A stretch of DNA of 61,485 bases, filler included, from Perkinsus olseni (taxonomy: Eukaryota), in the NCBI GenBank assembly GCA_013115125.1. It is 5 parts of 5 records of this genome, joined end to end, with 100 filler letters (N's around TTAATTAATTAA, not from the genome) between each part and the next. Parts side by side here need not be neighbours in the genome. Positions count along the whole stretch, not along the records: positions 37,007 to 49,199 come from JABANN010000802.1; positions 49,300 to 61,485 come from JABANN010000803.1; 3 more parts are not named here. The stretch is one strand, 5' to 3'. Under the pieces are notes generated by a model, which was given only the letters and a program-made list of their open reading frames with translations, did no database searches and was not told the DNA's origin. Positions 38,479 to 50,419 of the stretch are shown here, in pieces (positions within the stretch are counted from its first letter, which is position 1; every line of letters begins with the position of its first letter). The position numbers were made by a program, and so were the translations under genes.

Positions 38479-38892
38479 AGATTCATGTTATACGGGAGCG
38501 TCGACCTGTGACTCCCGATCCGAAGGGCCAGTTTAGGACGCTACTGGCTTCTGCCCTTCCCCCTTCCCTCTACTTTTTCCTGTACAGTTTTTCTACCCCG
38601 TCTGCTTCTGCAGCCATCACCGCTTTTCTCCCCTTTTTCGCGTTATTTTATAGTGCGCTCTCATAGTGCCAGCAGCGCGCCCGCGGCGGCTCGCCCGTCT
38701 CACGATGGAGTCGGAGAGGGAACATCGTTCCCGCAGGCTAGAGCTGCTACTGCTGTTTCGCGATAATCATTTCGAAAATGCGGCGTTCTCAGCTCGAGAA
38801 CTAGCATGTTTCAACTCAACCCCGCGTTGTGTCGGGCAGTGGAGGGAACGTCCGAGCGTGTGATATGCCAGTAGTAGCCTGTTAGTTCCCAG

Positions 38893-39853
38893 ATGGCACT
38901 AGAGTACAACAAGGAGCTCATCAAGCAAGCGCGTCTGGGCATAATGGACGGCGAGAAGGGCGTTAAATTTCTGGCCAGTGAAGTGGCCCGGATCCAAGGT
39001 CAAGACGGGCTCAACTACAGTGAGAAGCCATACTTCAGGAGGTGAACCACTGTGTTCTCCTCTCTAACTATCTCTTGGTGCACAGCGCTCTATGGGAAGC
39101 CACATGGAAGAACAACGAGCCTGCTGTGAGGTACCTGATCGACAAGCGGGCCAATGTCAATTTCAAAGATCGAGACGGGCGGTAGGACGGCGGTAGTGTC
39201 ACCCTTCTTTTGTGGAGGCTTGTTGCAGTACGCCATTGCATGAGGCATCGCGATATGGCCACGCTGCTCTGGTGGAGCTCTTACTGGACAGCGAGGCCGA
39301 TATTGACGCGACGGACAGGTAGGCTTGGATGTCTCGGGGATCGCGATCCTCGGTGTTCTCTCAGTGCTGGGGAGACGCCGCTGTCCCAGGCCGTCAGTGG
39401 CTGTAGGCACGATGTGGTGACGTTGCTCGTTTCCAAGGGTGCCAAGTGGGTGGGGATAGTACCTTCTGTGAGTAGTGAGGAGGCTTGCAGGGTCCACACC
39501 ACGGACTCAGAAGGCATCACTGTGCAGCACTTGGCGGCGTTCGCTGGGGATCCTCGAATGGCCGACTGGCTCTTCTACAAAGGGGCCTGGAAGAACAGGT
39601 GGGTGAGTCGACGTCAGCTAGGGTGAGGATCGCTGCAATTGAAAGGTACGCGGTCGAGCATGTAGATTACCAGGAGGAAGACTCGACGGCCGGGGATGAT
39701 CTCGAGGTGGCCTTTGCCCCAGAGGGCACAGAGCAGGCAGTTGCTCAGGACGAAGGTGAGTAGCATGTCCTGCAAGAGCTTTGGAAATTCTCACCGTATG
39801 CAGGCGAGGAGCGTGATGAGGAAGCTGAGGTTACCGTGGATGAGCAAGCATAG
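38893..39853 (+). CDS. Ankyrin-repeat protein with acidic tail, multi-exon
   Basis: ANVNFKDRDGR, LHEASRYGHAALVELLLDSEADID, GETPLSQAV, GITVQHLAA. Confidence 0.88.
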
Positions 39854-39955
39854 ACTTTTGTCGTGCGGTGTCATGCAGATTTTTGGTGTCCGCTGAATTG
39901 TGTCTTGCGTTGGATACGCCATGTTCACGCATCGCAGTTCACGACGAACTTTTAA

Positions 39956-40165
39956 ATGGCAGAAGAGACATCGACAACAGTAGACTTCGATTACTCCTTC
40001 CTGTCGTATCTCACAGGCGCCCTCATAATGCTGGTCTTCGTAGTAGCCCCGATAGCAGCCATGGTGAGGGCAATTTCAACCTCTTTTTCCACTCTGCCAA
40101 TATCCCCTCCTCAGGCACTGAAGAACAAGAATACAGTCCTCGCGTTGTGGCGGCGACGATCTTGA
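39956..40165 (+). CDS. Small single-pass membrane protein (about 52 aa after one 51-nt intron)
   Basis: MAEETSTTVDFDYSFLSYLTGALIMLVFVVAPIAAM, intron GTGAGG...pyrimidine tract...CCTCAG, then ALKNKNTVLALWRRRS*. Confidence 0.55.
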   Translation: MAEETSTTVDFDYSFLSYLTGALIMLVFVVAPIAAMVRAISTSFSTLPISPPQALKNKNTVLALWRRRS

Positions 40166-40465
40166 GCTGCTGGTGTGGTTATACTATAAGTTGTACCAAT
40201 TGAACTTTCTGTGAGGTTATATCCCTCGCGTTGTCAACAGTGAGGGTATCGAGAAACGTCTTCTTTCGTCAGCTCTTGGCCGAGAGGGTGCTACTGTTGC
40301 CCCATGGGAGGACGGCCTCTCTGCCATTAGCTATCGGTAGGGCAGACTAGGGTGGAGGCGACTTTCGTAGTAGAACACAATGAAAATGTAGTCAAACATC
40401 ATGTGGTGGTGCAGAGCGAACACATATATCCCAGCCGTCTGATGGTCGGAGTAGGAATTTGGGCG

Positions 40466-42444
40466 ATGAAGAAACGTCGCGTCCTCCCACCCTTCATCCG
40501 ACTGTTGTCGGTGATGAGCCTCTTCGGTATGGTTCTGTGGTTATCGACATATTGGCAATCAATACACCATCCATCCCTCGGAAGGGATGACCCCCATCTC
40601 GAGTTGGGCGGGAAGAAGGAGGCCAATGATGGTGATCGACGCATGCAGGCCTCCAGCCGTGGCGCTGCTCGACAGCCTCCCTTCAGTCCAACTAGTCGCC
40701 TCTACCAAGACATGCCCGAAGAGCTGCCCATCACAATACACTTCCGCCGAGAGCCTTTATGTCTGCTGTAATCGAGGCAGATGTAGTAAGGCGGTTACTG
40801 ACTGTCCACCACCTTATGGGGCATGCCAATCCTGTAATACCACACGCAGTGCTCCCGCACGCCCTCAATGAGAGATAGCTAGCGTCGATACCATCAGGTT
40901 CAGTGACGGTCATCGTTAATGGGAACTCATCGGCCCCTATCGTACCGGTGGCAAACCCCACCCGTCTCTTGCTGCATTTATACGGTTTACTCAGGTACCG
41001 GTGACCACTGATGACTGTGCTATGTCGTCTATCGGGTGGATTGCAGGCTCTTCCCGCATTGGCAATGGGCTGAGCACATACTGGCATGTACGCTTGTCAT
41101 TGTACTTATCCAAGCTGTACGTCGTTCCACCTAAGGCACTCGGCGTGGCTGCTGTTACTGGCCAACCATTCCGTGGGCATGCCACTATGGGAGGCTCGAC
41201 CTTTATGGGCTATCTTCCGACTCAGTGGGACCCTCCCGACGGGTGGCGTGGTGATGCCGAGTAGGGTCCCCCATCAGCTTACCCGATCCGAGCGGCTTTA
41301 ATTAGGAAAGCGAAGGCTGCTTGTCACTGTGCTCGCCCACAATTCGCTCACGAGTGTGTCGGTGCATGGACGGAAGCCCGGGGCCTCATACGAGACTTCG
41401 TACGGCTACTGACGGGCTCCATCGGCCATACCATCCCAACCATCAGGTTAATGATACCCTCTATCGGGCTGGCCTAGCTCAGCGAGCATTGGCCGACACC
41501 CTCCCGGATGAAGTATTCCTCCATCAACGGTGTGCCTGGGAGACCCTGCTACTCCATAGTAAGACGACGAAGCTCCCCACACCGCGTCCTTCAATCCTTC
41601 CAGACCTTGTAGTGGTCACACATCACGCTTAGATATGTACGGACCGATGTCCTTCTCTGTTTTCCGTGACGCGGTAAAGTCCACAACGACAAGGGTGACG
41701 TTCATCGAGGGAAAGGCAGGAGGCTCATGGCTGTGTGACAAGGTAGGCTTTGACGAGGTGGTCAAACTTCCCCCTCGCGGACTGGGCATTGTTCTGGCTG
41801 TACTCGTCTCAGATTCGGCACAGTGTCCAAGGATACATCCGTAAATATCACCCCGATGTATCCTTCCGAGTGCTGCTTGGCGAGGATAATCCAGACTCGA
41901 TATCGATGGACTTCGCCCGGCTGGTGATCCAACCCCGTTTTTCCAGTCGTCATATTCCCTGGAATTTCGTACACGACAGGTGTACGCCCCGATACTCGTC
42001 CGAGGCCCATCATCCTTCAACCTCTGGGCTGCCTTGGCCAATCAGGGTCAGGTAGCCGCTGTAGGTCCACCTCGGACCATCATTACAGCCCATCTCAGGT
42101 CTACTCTCCCCCCAATCCTCATACGTGGGGATGGACGACGACAGACCTGGGCAGCGACTGGCACTGGGTAACTGAGGCTAGAGTCCTCACAAGAGCCATC
42201 GCAAGAGACGAGGTGAGCATTCACATCGGTTCTACCGAGAAGCGACTCCTCAGTCTTTTGGCGTGTGGCATCCATCTCTGCTTCGAATGCGATGTTGATA
42301 TATCAGCTCAACTTTCTTCGACCCAAGGAGAGCGAGCCGCCGGAGGTGGACGGAATACCGTGGACGGATGTCTTCATGGAGAGAGCTATGCCGTGGCTAC
42401 AAGAAGACCCTCGATGGTTCAAACCTATCATGAGCTTGTCTTAA
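40466..42444 (+). CDS. Type II membrane protein, putative fucosyltransferase-like (GT11-like) glycosyltransferase; may be disrupted
   Basis: Basic tail plus TM (MKKRRVLPPFIRLLSVMSLFGMVLWL); downstream exons FLHQRC, DFARLV-YAPILVRGPSSFNLWAALAN. In-frame TAA at 40769-40771 needs splicing or indicates decay. Confidence 0.45.
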
Positions 42445-43748
42445 TGTTCCTGTTCGTCGTTCATTGTTGAACTTTGGTGTTGAGCAATATGCAGTACACG
42501 TAAATTCGAGACAAGAAACATGTCAGTTCGATGCGAAGATTTGTTCACAGTCTTTCTTTGCGGGAAAAAATTTAGCGAAATTTCGCTGAAGGATTTTTCT
42601 AATTTTAAGGAAAAGATCAACCGAACTTGCATCGCCATGGACAGTGGGCGTTGGTATCGGGAAGGGGGACACCTTGGCAATGCACCGACGCCGTTGTCCC
42701 TCGACCTTAGCTGTCCCAACGCCCACTACTGTCGAGCAACCGAGCAGGGCGACGCTTGGCCGGATTTAAAGTATCGTTGCGCGCGATTACACATTCACCC
42801 GCCGTCAGTATCCCAAAAGCAGCTGACTTATGCGCAGCGCTGCTCGTAATAGCGCGCCTCGGTGATACTGGTGACTCAGCGGTATCACCGGGGTGGCGCC
42901 GAGAACGGACATCGACGGTTCCCTTAGCGGCCCCTCAGACTAGTCAACGTTAACACCGTGTATACATACAAATGATTTGCTACCTAGGAGTTAGGAAGTT
43001 GGCTCGGAGAAAGGCGCTGGCCAATTATGCCGCTCCTGGCATACTCTCCCGACCACCTGGGAAGCGGCCTCCCAGGTCGCTCCTCATGGGACACCTCAGA
43101 TGAGAGTGGAAGGGTGCCTACCGCGCAGTCGTTCAAGAGCACTGTGTTTCCTCGGGCTGAACTATGTGTCAAGGAACAGCATCGACAGCTGCAACTCGTA
43201 ACTCATCGTGCATGTCCTTCAAACGTAGAGAACCAGTGAAGTGGAAGGTCTAGCGGCGTCACCGACGAGCTGTCTTCTTTTCGCTGAAGTCACTTGCATG
43301 TTTCTACTACACATAATCTCGATACCTTGCTATATTCTGTAGGATGCCGTGAGTGATTATGTGACGGATCACTTTGGCTTCCCTCATCAACATCACATGC
43401 ACACTCTCTTTTCATAACGGCCGAGTCCGGAGAAACTATGGGACAGCTCCCTGCTCACGGACACGTAGCGGAACGACTAGCTCTTTAGTTCAGTCTAGCT
43501 GTTTAGCTCGGTCAGTTCTCGTTCCTGCACGAGCTACTTATTCGGTATGGCTCTTCGAAGCCTTCGCATTATACTATTGTTGTCATTTACTCCCGGGTGG
43601 TATGCCCTGCCACTGAGCAACCGTGTAGACGAGCTGACGATGACGAAGGGGACCAACCAGTACGACAACCTTGGCGCCTCTTCCGTGGTAGCTTTCTGAT
43701 AGTAAGGTTTTGATGATCAATGGTTGACCGTGATAGCTTCATAAACCC

Positions 43749-45014
43749 ATGTTTTTCACCCCCCTTCTCTGCGCTGTAGCTCTTCGAGCCACTGTCGCCG
43801 GTCGAGGCAGAGTCGTGCAACTCGAGCAGGAGAGCTTACCATTCCTCAGAAACGGAAGCACTGGACTTACCTTTACCTCTACTATAGGCGAGGGAAAGAT
43901 TGGTTATCATTCCCTCGACATCCACTACCATGTTTTCAGGTGAATTGAAGCACATCCAGACGCTCAGGCTCGAGAACGAGACTTCTGATCTGTTGGACTT
44001 CACTTCGATCATTGTGACCAGAGACGGTTCGGAACTGCTCGCCATCTCCGTCAATGAGGAGGAGAGCTCAGCGTGGGTCTCGGGTGTTATCCTGGCTCAT
44101 AGAGAATGTCTGAGCTGTCCGTTGTCAGAGATTTCGTCACCTTGGCCCTCCAACCCACTGGTGGTGGTCGATACAATATCTTGCAGGCAACTATAAATCC
44201 GATGCTTGGCCCCAATGGGCAGCCTTTGGTTATATCGGAAGCGCCAAGTGAGCGAATATATCCTTGGTAGCTCTCGATATTACGTACACTCTATATCATG
44301 AGAGAAGCGTCTCTTTAACAGTTTGATTCCACATTCGCGCTCGTTCCTGAAGGTGACTCACCTTAGAGGACTGCGCCAGGCGTTTCAGGGAGCCGATGGC
44401 ATCGACCTCCTCTGTGTTCAAGACGATAGAGGAGGAATTCTTGAACGACGATTGAGAACTTGAAGTTGTCGTATATTTCGTTTCAGATCGACTCCGAGGG
44501 TTCCGCGGGGACCTGCTCGCCGTCTGCAGTGAGCCTCTCATCGATTCTCCCATCCCAAGGGTCAACCCAACGGCAGATATCTATTCTGGTGGAGTGTATA
44601 ATGATAGGGATGGTATCCGCCGTTTCTTTGTTGAGGTGATCTCATCTTTTCGACGTCCATCCCTATCGCCTGAATTATCGAAATCCTTTACTCCACAAAC
44701 TTGGAACGGTGCGAGTCTCCATCACTCGAAAAACCGAATCGACTTGCTATGTATTATATGAGACCGGCGCTCTCCAGTCATCCCATGCTTTCCGACTCGG
44801 TCCTCAGTCCACTGGTGGTTATCAGCCTTCGGCTGTGGCGCAGCTCAGGAATGGTGACATTATGATAGCCTTCGTTCGAGGCGGCGATGTCGAAGACGAG
44901 GCTCGGTCGTTGAGAATTGGTTATGTAACGGCCGATGAGCTGAGAGAAGATATCGCTTCTGGAGGAACACTAAATCCACTCATCATAGCCGATTTCCAGC
45001 GAAATGATGGGTAA
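43749..45014 (+). CDS. Secreted phytase-like/esterase-like beta-propeller, possibly degenerate
   Basis: Signal peptide; GELKHIQTLRL...FTSIIVTRDGSELLAIS and YQPSAVAQLRNGDIMIAFVR...SLRIGYV resemble the bacterial 'esterase-like activity of phytase' family. Middle frame unresolved. Confidence 0.45.
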
Positions 45015-47717
45015 GTCGGGTGGTAGGGTCTGCTCAGCTCAGAACACGGATGATGTCATCGTCGTCGCTTTTCTCCTATCCGCCGCGCGGCTAAAATTCC
45101 CGAAAAATGTGAGACATTCGGTTTGTCGATGACAGTGTCATTATAACACCGTCAAAGGGGCTTTTGCCGCTTTCGCCGGCCAGTGCTTCGCTTCGCTATT
45201 TTTACCGGTCGCCAAAAGACGGTGCTTGGATAGGTTCAATATTGCTGTTCAATCGGGGCTGGCCGTGCGGGAAGATAACGAGGGTCGAGTATTCGTCTAC
45301 AGCATGAGTGACGACTTTTTCGTAAGAAGGTTTAACGACGACCATTCGTGAATACTCCCATTTTGTAATTTTCAGAAACCATTTCAGACGCTGCTCACGA
45401 CTTTCGAGTGGAGACCTAAGCGACGCCGTCATCGTAGATAGCTTCCTTGGCTTGGGGTTCCGTCTGATCAATACGAGACTAGTTACTAGCATGAGTGAGC
45501 CTCGCAGCAATCAGCAGGCTCGTATGCTTCTCCCTTTCGTACCATCTTCAGCATACATACAAAGTGTGCAATCTCGACTGCGTAGAACTTCGTCTCGCGT
45601 CTTCTCATTTCTCACTTATCATCACAACCACTCAGAACGGGCCACTCGGAGTGACTCGTCTCATCTCGGTAGCAGCCACTGCTGCACTTTTGCTGAAGAC
45701 AATTCTTGTGTTGTAACAACTATATGCTGTGGGGTGGGAAGAATATTTCTTCCTCGGTTTCTATATAAAAGGAATATACCTACGTATATAATCAACTGTT
45801 TGAGCGGAGTAAGTGGAGTAACGGTGATTATGCCGTGTAACAGAAATGTCTGTCCCTTTAGCAGGGTTTGCCACTACGAGAATTTCAGGAGATGAATTCT
45901 CCTGATCACCATCACCGTCGGGCATCAGCGGTGGCTCGTTTTAGTTAGCTTAAGTGACCATGACAAATTGTCGTTGACGGCGCCGTCCTAGTGCCGGTGC
46001 CAAAGGTGCTTGCGTGTGTCCGATTTGCAGCCAACCGTACGTCAGTTTACTTTGAACTTATCAACTATTCGATCTATTAGCGAGATTATCTCTATCTTAA
46101 TAAGAAATCTCGCCGAGATACCTATTATTTCTGTGGTTAGTTAGCTACCCGAATAGAGGGGAGTCCCGCCAGAGGAACCTCATAACTTTCCTTCACCCGG
46201 ACAACGCGATACGGTACGACACAGTTCGGGCTCAGTTCCTCGAACATCTCATTGAAGAATGCATTACGATACGCGAAAGAAGCCGTGAAAGAGGTATCTT
46301 CTCACGGTAAGGTAAGGGTGCATGGTCACCAGGGTGCAGCGTCACTAATTATCGACCAGGGCCTGGTCGATGTTCAGTCATCACATCGCGCAGGTGAGTA
46401 CAATTCTTTTCCCCCCGAAAGCATACAGCACGAGACTCCATCGGATTTTTTCCTTCACGGAGATTCCAGGGCATTGACGGCTTGCTCACACTAAAACGCT
46501 GATATTCTTTGGTGTACGTAACGGTGTACCAATAAGAGACCGCGTAACCTGTAGTACAGTACTGAATCTTCGTACCGCCTGTTACGAACAGTTCGACATG
46601 AAAGCCGATCCTGACCTTGACAGTAACGGTTCATTGTGATTAGCCTATTAACGTCGTCATCTTCTTCTACCCAAACAACTGTGAGAACGCAAAAGTTGGA
46701 TCAGTCGAGGGAAATTGAGAATTGCATATGATGTGAGTCGGCTCCGCGATATCGGCAGTGGACTCTGAATCGACAGAGGAACACCACAATCAAAAATACC
46801 AATACTGGCAGTCCCTACACTGCAGACTGGCACGCGCATATCGGACAACGGCCCCTTCTTTTCGACCAATCATCAATGCATTCCCCACAGAAGGAGTGAT
46901 GACATCCTTCCACTGTAGAGGGATCCTTCATCGTACCCTGAATGACTCAATTCTATTATACGGCCAGGCCGACTCAACCTACCGGATAGGTGGTGCCGCA
47001 GAGTTCATCAGAAATCTCATCGCCATCGGTGTTCGTTCTGACGTGATAATGGCAGCCTTTGGCGTGTGAAACGCAAGACCGATTTGGGGCGCACCCGGAC
47101 AAAAAATTTCCGTCTCTTTCCTGGGAAATGACCAGTGGGGATGTAAATGGTATCTTCTGAGCTCAGCTCTGTGACTCATTTCGGTTGATTTTCCTCATGC
47201 AAGCAAATCTCGGGCAGATAGTAGTGCCTCCCCAACTCCTACTCCTCAGCCTCCAGACAGGAATCTGCGATGACCCTGAGTCGACCTAAGATACTCACCA
47301 TTAGGTGACGATGTAGATGATGAATCAAATTGATATCGTGCCACATAGGGTGTTTCGCTTGTTACCTGCAGCAAGAGTCAGCCTAAGATACTTCGGCACC
47401 GCGGTTATATTATGAGCTTGGTCATGCACTGGGGGTGGCCTCCTCCCCACCCTGATGATAATGCCCGGGTCCAGTCGTATATCCATCTCGGTTTAGAGGC
47501 AGCAGGGAAGACATCATCGCTACGACACAAACAATCAGCCAATCAACAACTGAGATTGATGATGTCTTTGTCGGAGAAGGCGATACGTTACCGACTTGTG
47601 ATTGCGAACATAGCATCGAAGTCTTGCCGGCTTTGAAACAACCCGTCATCGACTTTCCTCAGCTCATCACTCGAGCAGGGAAAGAACAACTGTACAAAGA
47701 CTGCAGACTCCAATCTG

Positions 47718-48333
47718 CGTTGTCAACAGTGAGGGTCCGATAAAGCTCTCTTCGCGAGAGTCCTTGACCCAGAGGGCGCTGATGTTGCCCTCGGAAGGCT
47801 TTCCTCTCAGTAGCCCTCCATAAAGCTGACTAGTTTGCAGGCAGCTTGCGTCGCAGAACACGGTGAAAGTGTTGTCAAGCATCGTTTGCTAGTCAAGAGT
47901 GGGCTATGCGTCCCGGCTCTCTCCTGGTTGAAGCAGAAGTCTTGAATCGGGTTGAGAGAAGTGAAGAAACGATGCGTCCATCCAATCTTCATCCGACTGA
48001 TTGATGATGAAACTCTTTGGGATGGTACTGTTGATATCGACATGTCGGCAATCGCTTCGAGGACATGACCCTTATCTCAAGTTGGGAGAGGGGGAAGGAG
48101 GCTGATGATGGTGATCGCCGCATGCAGGCCTCCAGCCGTGGCGCTGCTCGACAGCCAACTGACTACAGCCAACTGACTACAGCCTTCAGTCCAACTGGAC
48201 CAGTAGAGGTGACCAGGTCACCTCTACCAAGACATGCCCGAAGAGCTGCCCATCGCAATACACTTCCGCCGAGAGCCTTTATGTCTGCTGTAGTCGAGGC
48301 AGATGTAGTAAGGCGGTTACTGACTGTCCACCA
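47718..48333 (+). pseudogene. Degenerate duplicate of 40228-40812 (upstream region and 5' end of the type II membrane gene)
   Basis: Shared CGTTGTCAACAGTGAGGGT start and near-identical GDRRMQASSRGAARQP and YQDMPEELPI-coding blocks; ATG replaced by GTG; internal AACTGACTACAGCC duplication. Confidence 0.8.
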
Positions 48334-48664
48334 AAAGGAGTATGGACGGCGTATGATGGTGACCGTTCGTTGACGAGTGGTGGTAGTCATTGAACAGAGT
48401 GTTTTTAGTTATGATGTCGAGTGTTGTGTTGGCCGAAGTCTTTTTTGACGGGCTCGGTGTAAGCAGAGGTTTGGGTGCCGGGAGGTAGGCCACAGAAACC
48501 CAGCCATCCACGGATTGTAGATGTGGAGAGGCTAGCTTTCAGTGACCTATTGGATAACCGCAACAACTGCATGTTGTTGTCGGGCATCCACACCCCCAAC
48601 CTCTGCATCATGGGAATTTCGTGCGCCCAGATCTCGGTCATTACCACCTCTGAATTAATCGTGT

Positions 48665-48737
48665 GCCTTCTTAGCTTAGTTGGTAGAGCACCCGCTTAGT
48701 AAGCGGGAGGTCGTCGGTTCAACTCCGGCAGAAGGCT
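48665..48737 (+). tRNA. tRNA-Thr(AGT), array copy 1
   Basis: Full cloverleaf: acceptor GCCTTCT/AGAAGGC, anticodon arm CCCGC-TTAGTAA-GCGGG, T loop TTCAACT. Confidence 0.97.
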
Positions 48738-48900
48738 ATGGATGCAGTTGTTTACTGCCCCTTTTGAAGGGAAAAATTACTGAAATTTTGCTAAAGAGTT
48801 TTCACAAATTCTGCCAGAATTTCTTGAACCACTTCAGTTGTAGCGGTTTTCGTTTCGTGCGCCCAGATTTCGATCATTACCACCTCTGAGTTTAGCGCGT

Positions 48901-48973
48901 GCCTTCTTAGCTTAGTTGGTAGAGCACCCGCTTAGTAAGCGGGAGGTCGTCGGTCCAACTCCGGCAGAAGGCT
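48901..48973 (+). tRNA. tRNA-Thr(AGT), array copy 2 with T-loop variant
   Basis: Identical to copy 1 except T loop TCCAACT (T55C, within the B box). Confidence 0.88.
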
Positions 48974-49133
48974 ATGGATGCAGTTGTTTACTGCCCTCCT
49001 GAAGGGAAAAATTTCCGAAATTTTGCTAAAGAGTTTTCACAAATTCTGCCAGAATTTCTTGAACCACTTATTTGTAACGGTTTACGTTTCGTGCGCCCAG
49101 AATTCGATCATTACACCTCTGAGTTAAGCGCGT

Positions 49134-49199
49134 GCCTTCTTAGCTTAGTTGGTAGAGCACCCGCTTAGTAAGCGGGAGGTCGTCGGTTCGACTCCGGCA
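49134..49199 (+). tRNA. tRNA-Thr(AGT), array copy 3, truncated by the gap
   Basis: Same sequence with T loop TTCGACT; ends at the N run. Confidence 0.9.
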
Positions 49200-49299
49200 N
49201 NNNNNNNNNNNNNNNNNNNNNNNNNNNNNNNNNNNNNNNNNNNTTAATTAATTAANNNNNNNNNNNNNNNNNNNNNNNNNNNNNNNNNNNNNNNNNNNN

Positions 49300-49840
49300 A
49301 TCGGTTGTTGCCTTGGGCCTGTAGAAGTTGTTGAACGTACAAGGCCCTCTTGCCCAAGTTAACCTCATTGTTTGCTGTTTCGGGCTCGAAGTGAACTTGC
49401 TTCACTGTGTAAGTCAGACCGTGCATGGACTTGCGTACAGCATCCGCACTAATTTCGAGGCCTTCATGCGCGTCCTTCAAGGCCTGAGTAAGTTGGCGGA
49501 CTGTTGTTGTGCTATGACGTGAGAGGTAGTCCACTATGAAGTTCTTGTGTTCCTCGGTGATCTTGCTGTGCCTGGCTCCACCTTTGGGCTTGAAAACGGG
49601 CAAGTCGTCAACGATTTCCTTCTTGGCCCAAGCGCGGACAGTGGGCGTCTTCACACCATTGGCTTTAGCTATAGCCCTCCAATCCCCTCCAGTGCGACGA
49701 GCCGCCATTATCCTGGCCTTGGCAGAGTCGGAAACTTTTTTGTAAGGCCCCCTGCGCTGCAGCGGGGGAGTGTGAGCCACATTCTCGGGATCTTCTTCGG
49801 GTTGGATTTCGGGGCCAACGACGGCTTCTTGATGATCCAT
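49300..49840 (-). CDS. IS630/Tc1-mariner transposase, N-terminal DNA-binding region (catalytic domain presumably in the gap)
   Basis: Intronless; HTH WRAIAKANGVKTPTVRAW, linker KGGARHSKITEEH, second HTH TTTVRQLTQAL...ISADAVRK, then YTVKQVHFEP. Confidence 0.85.
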
Positions 49841-50313
49841 GAGAGTGAAGCGAAAAAAACGAATAGTATGCTAATGAGTACATTCTCTTTTCAACGCGGT
49901 GCTACACAGATCGCCGGCGACGCCGGCGATAATACCTGGCGGCGCCAGGCTGGCGCTCTGGGGCAAGAGACTTTCAATTGCACGTACAGGATTCCCTAAG
50001 ATACTGTCGTGCACTGGCGCGCAGTTGTGTCAGGCTGAGAATCGCAGCGGGAAGATTTCCGGTATGGCTCAAGTTGACCTCCCGAAATTGATGTCCTTAT
50101 CGGCGAAATTGATTTCCTTAATCATGAAATTGCGTGCCTTATTCGCGGAATTGATTTCCTTATTTAAGGCCTGCCGCTAAAATGACTTCCTTATCCGCCA
50201 ATTGTATCCCCCCATCTCGACCCTACCGCCAATTTGCTTTCTCCAAACGCTAACGTGAAATCCTCGACCCCCAAATAGGCGGCCTTATCCGCCAAATAGA
50301 TTTCTGAATGGTA
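49300..50313 (-). mobile_element. IS630/Tc1-mariner DNA transposon, 5' part
   Basis: Terminus (minus strand) C-TA|TACCATTCAGAAATC, 21-bp subterminal repeats (AAATTGATTTCCTTA type) at 50085-50160, then the transposase ORF. Confidence 0.75.
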
Positions 50314-50419
50314 TAGTAGCATGATGCCTTCTCAGTTATACTTCTGCCCGTTCAGTAAGAGTTGGTATGAACGCGTCTGTCTGTGACTCCTGAATCTGCG
50401 CTACTCTCCTATCACTCAC

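Noticed and set aside
46250-47260. Possible decayed GH18-like fragments (FIRNLIAIGVRSDVIMAAFG)
   Set aside because: No catalytic motif found; resemblance too weak.
50065-50073. TGGCTCAAG matching the 3' end of the dinoflagellate/Perkinsus spliced leader
   Set aside because: Only 9 nt match, the upstream leader sequence is absent, and it lies inside the transposon.
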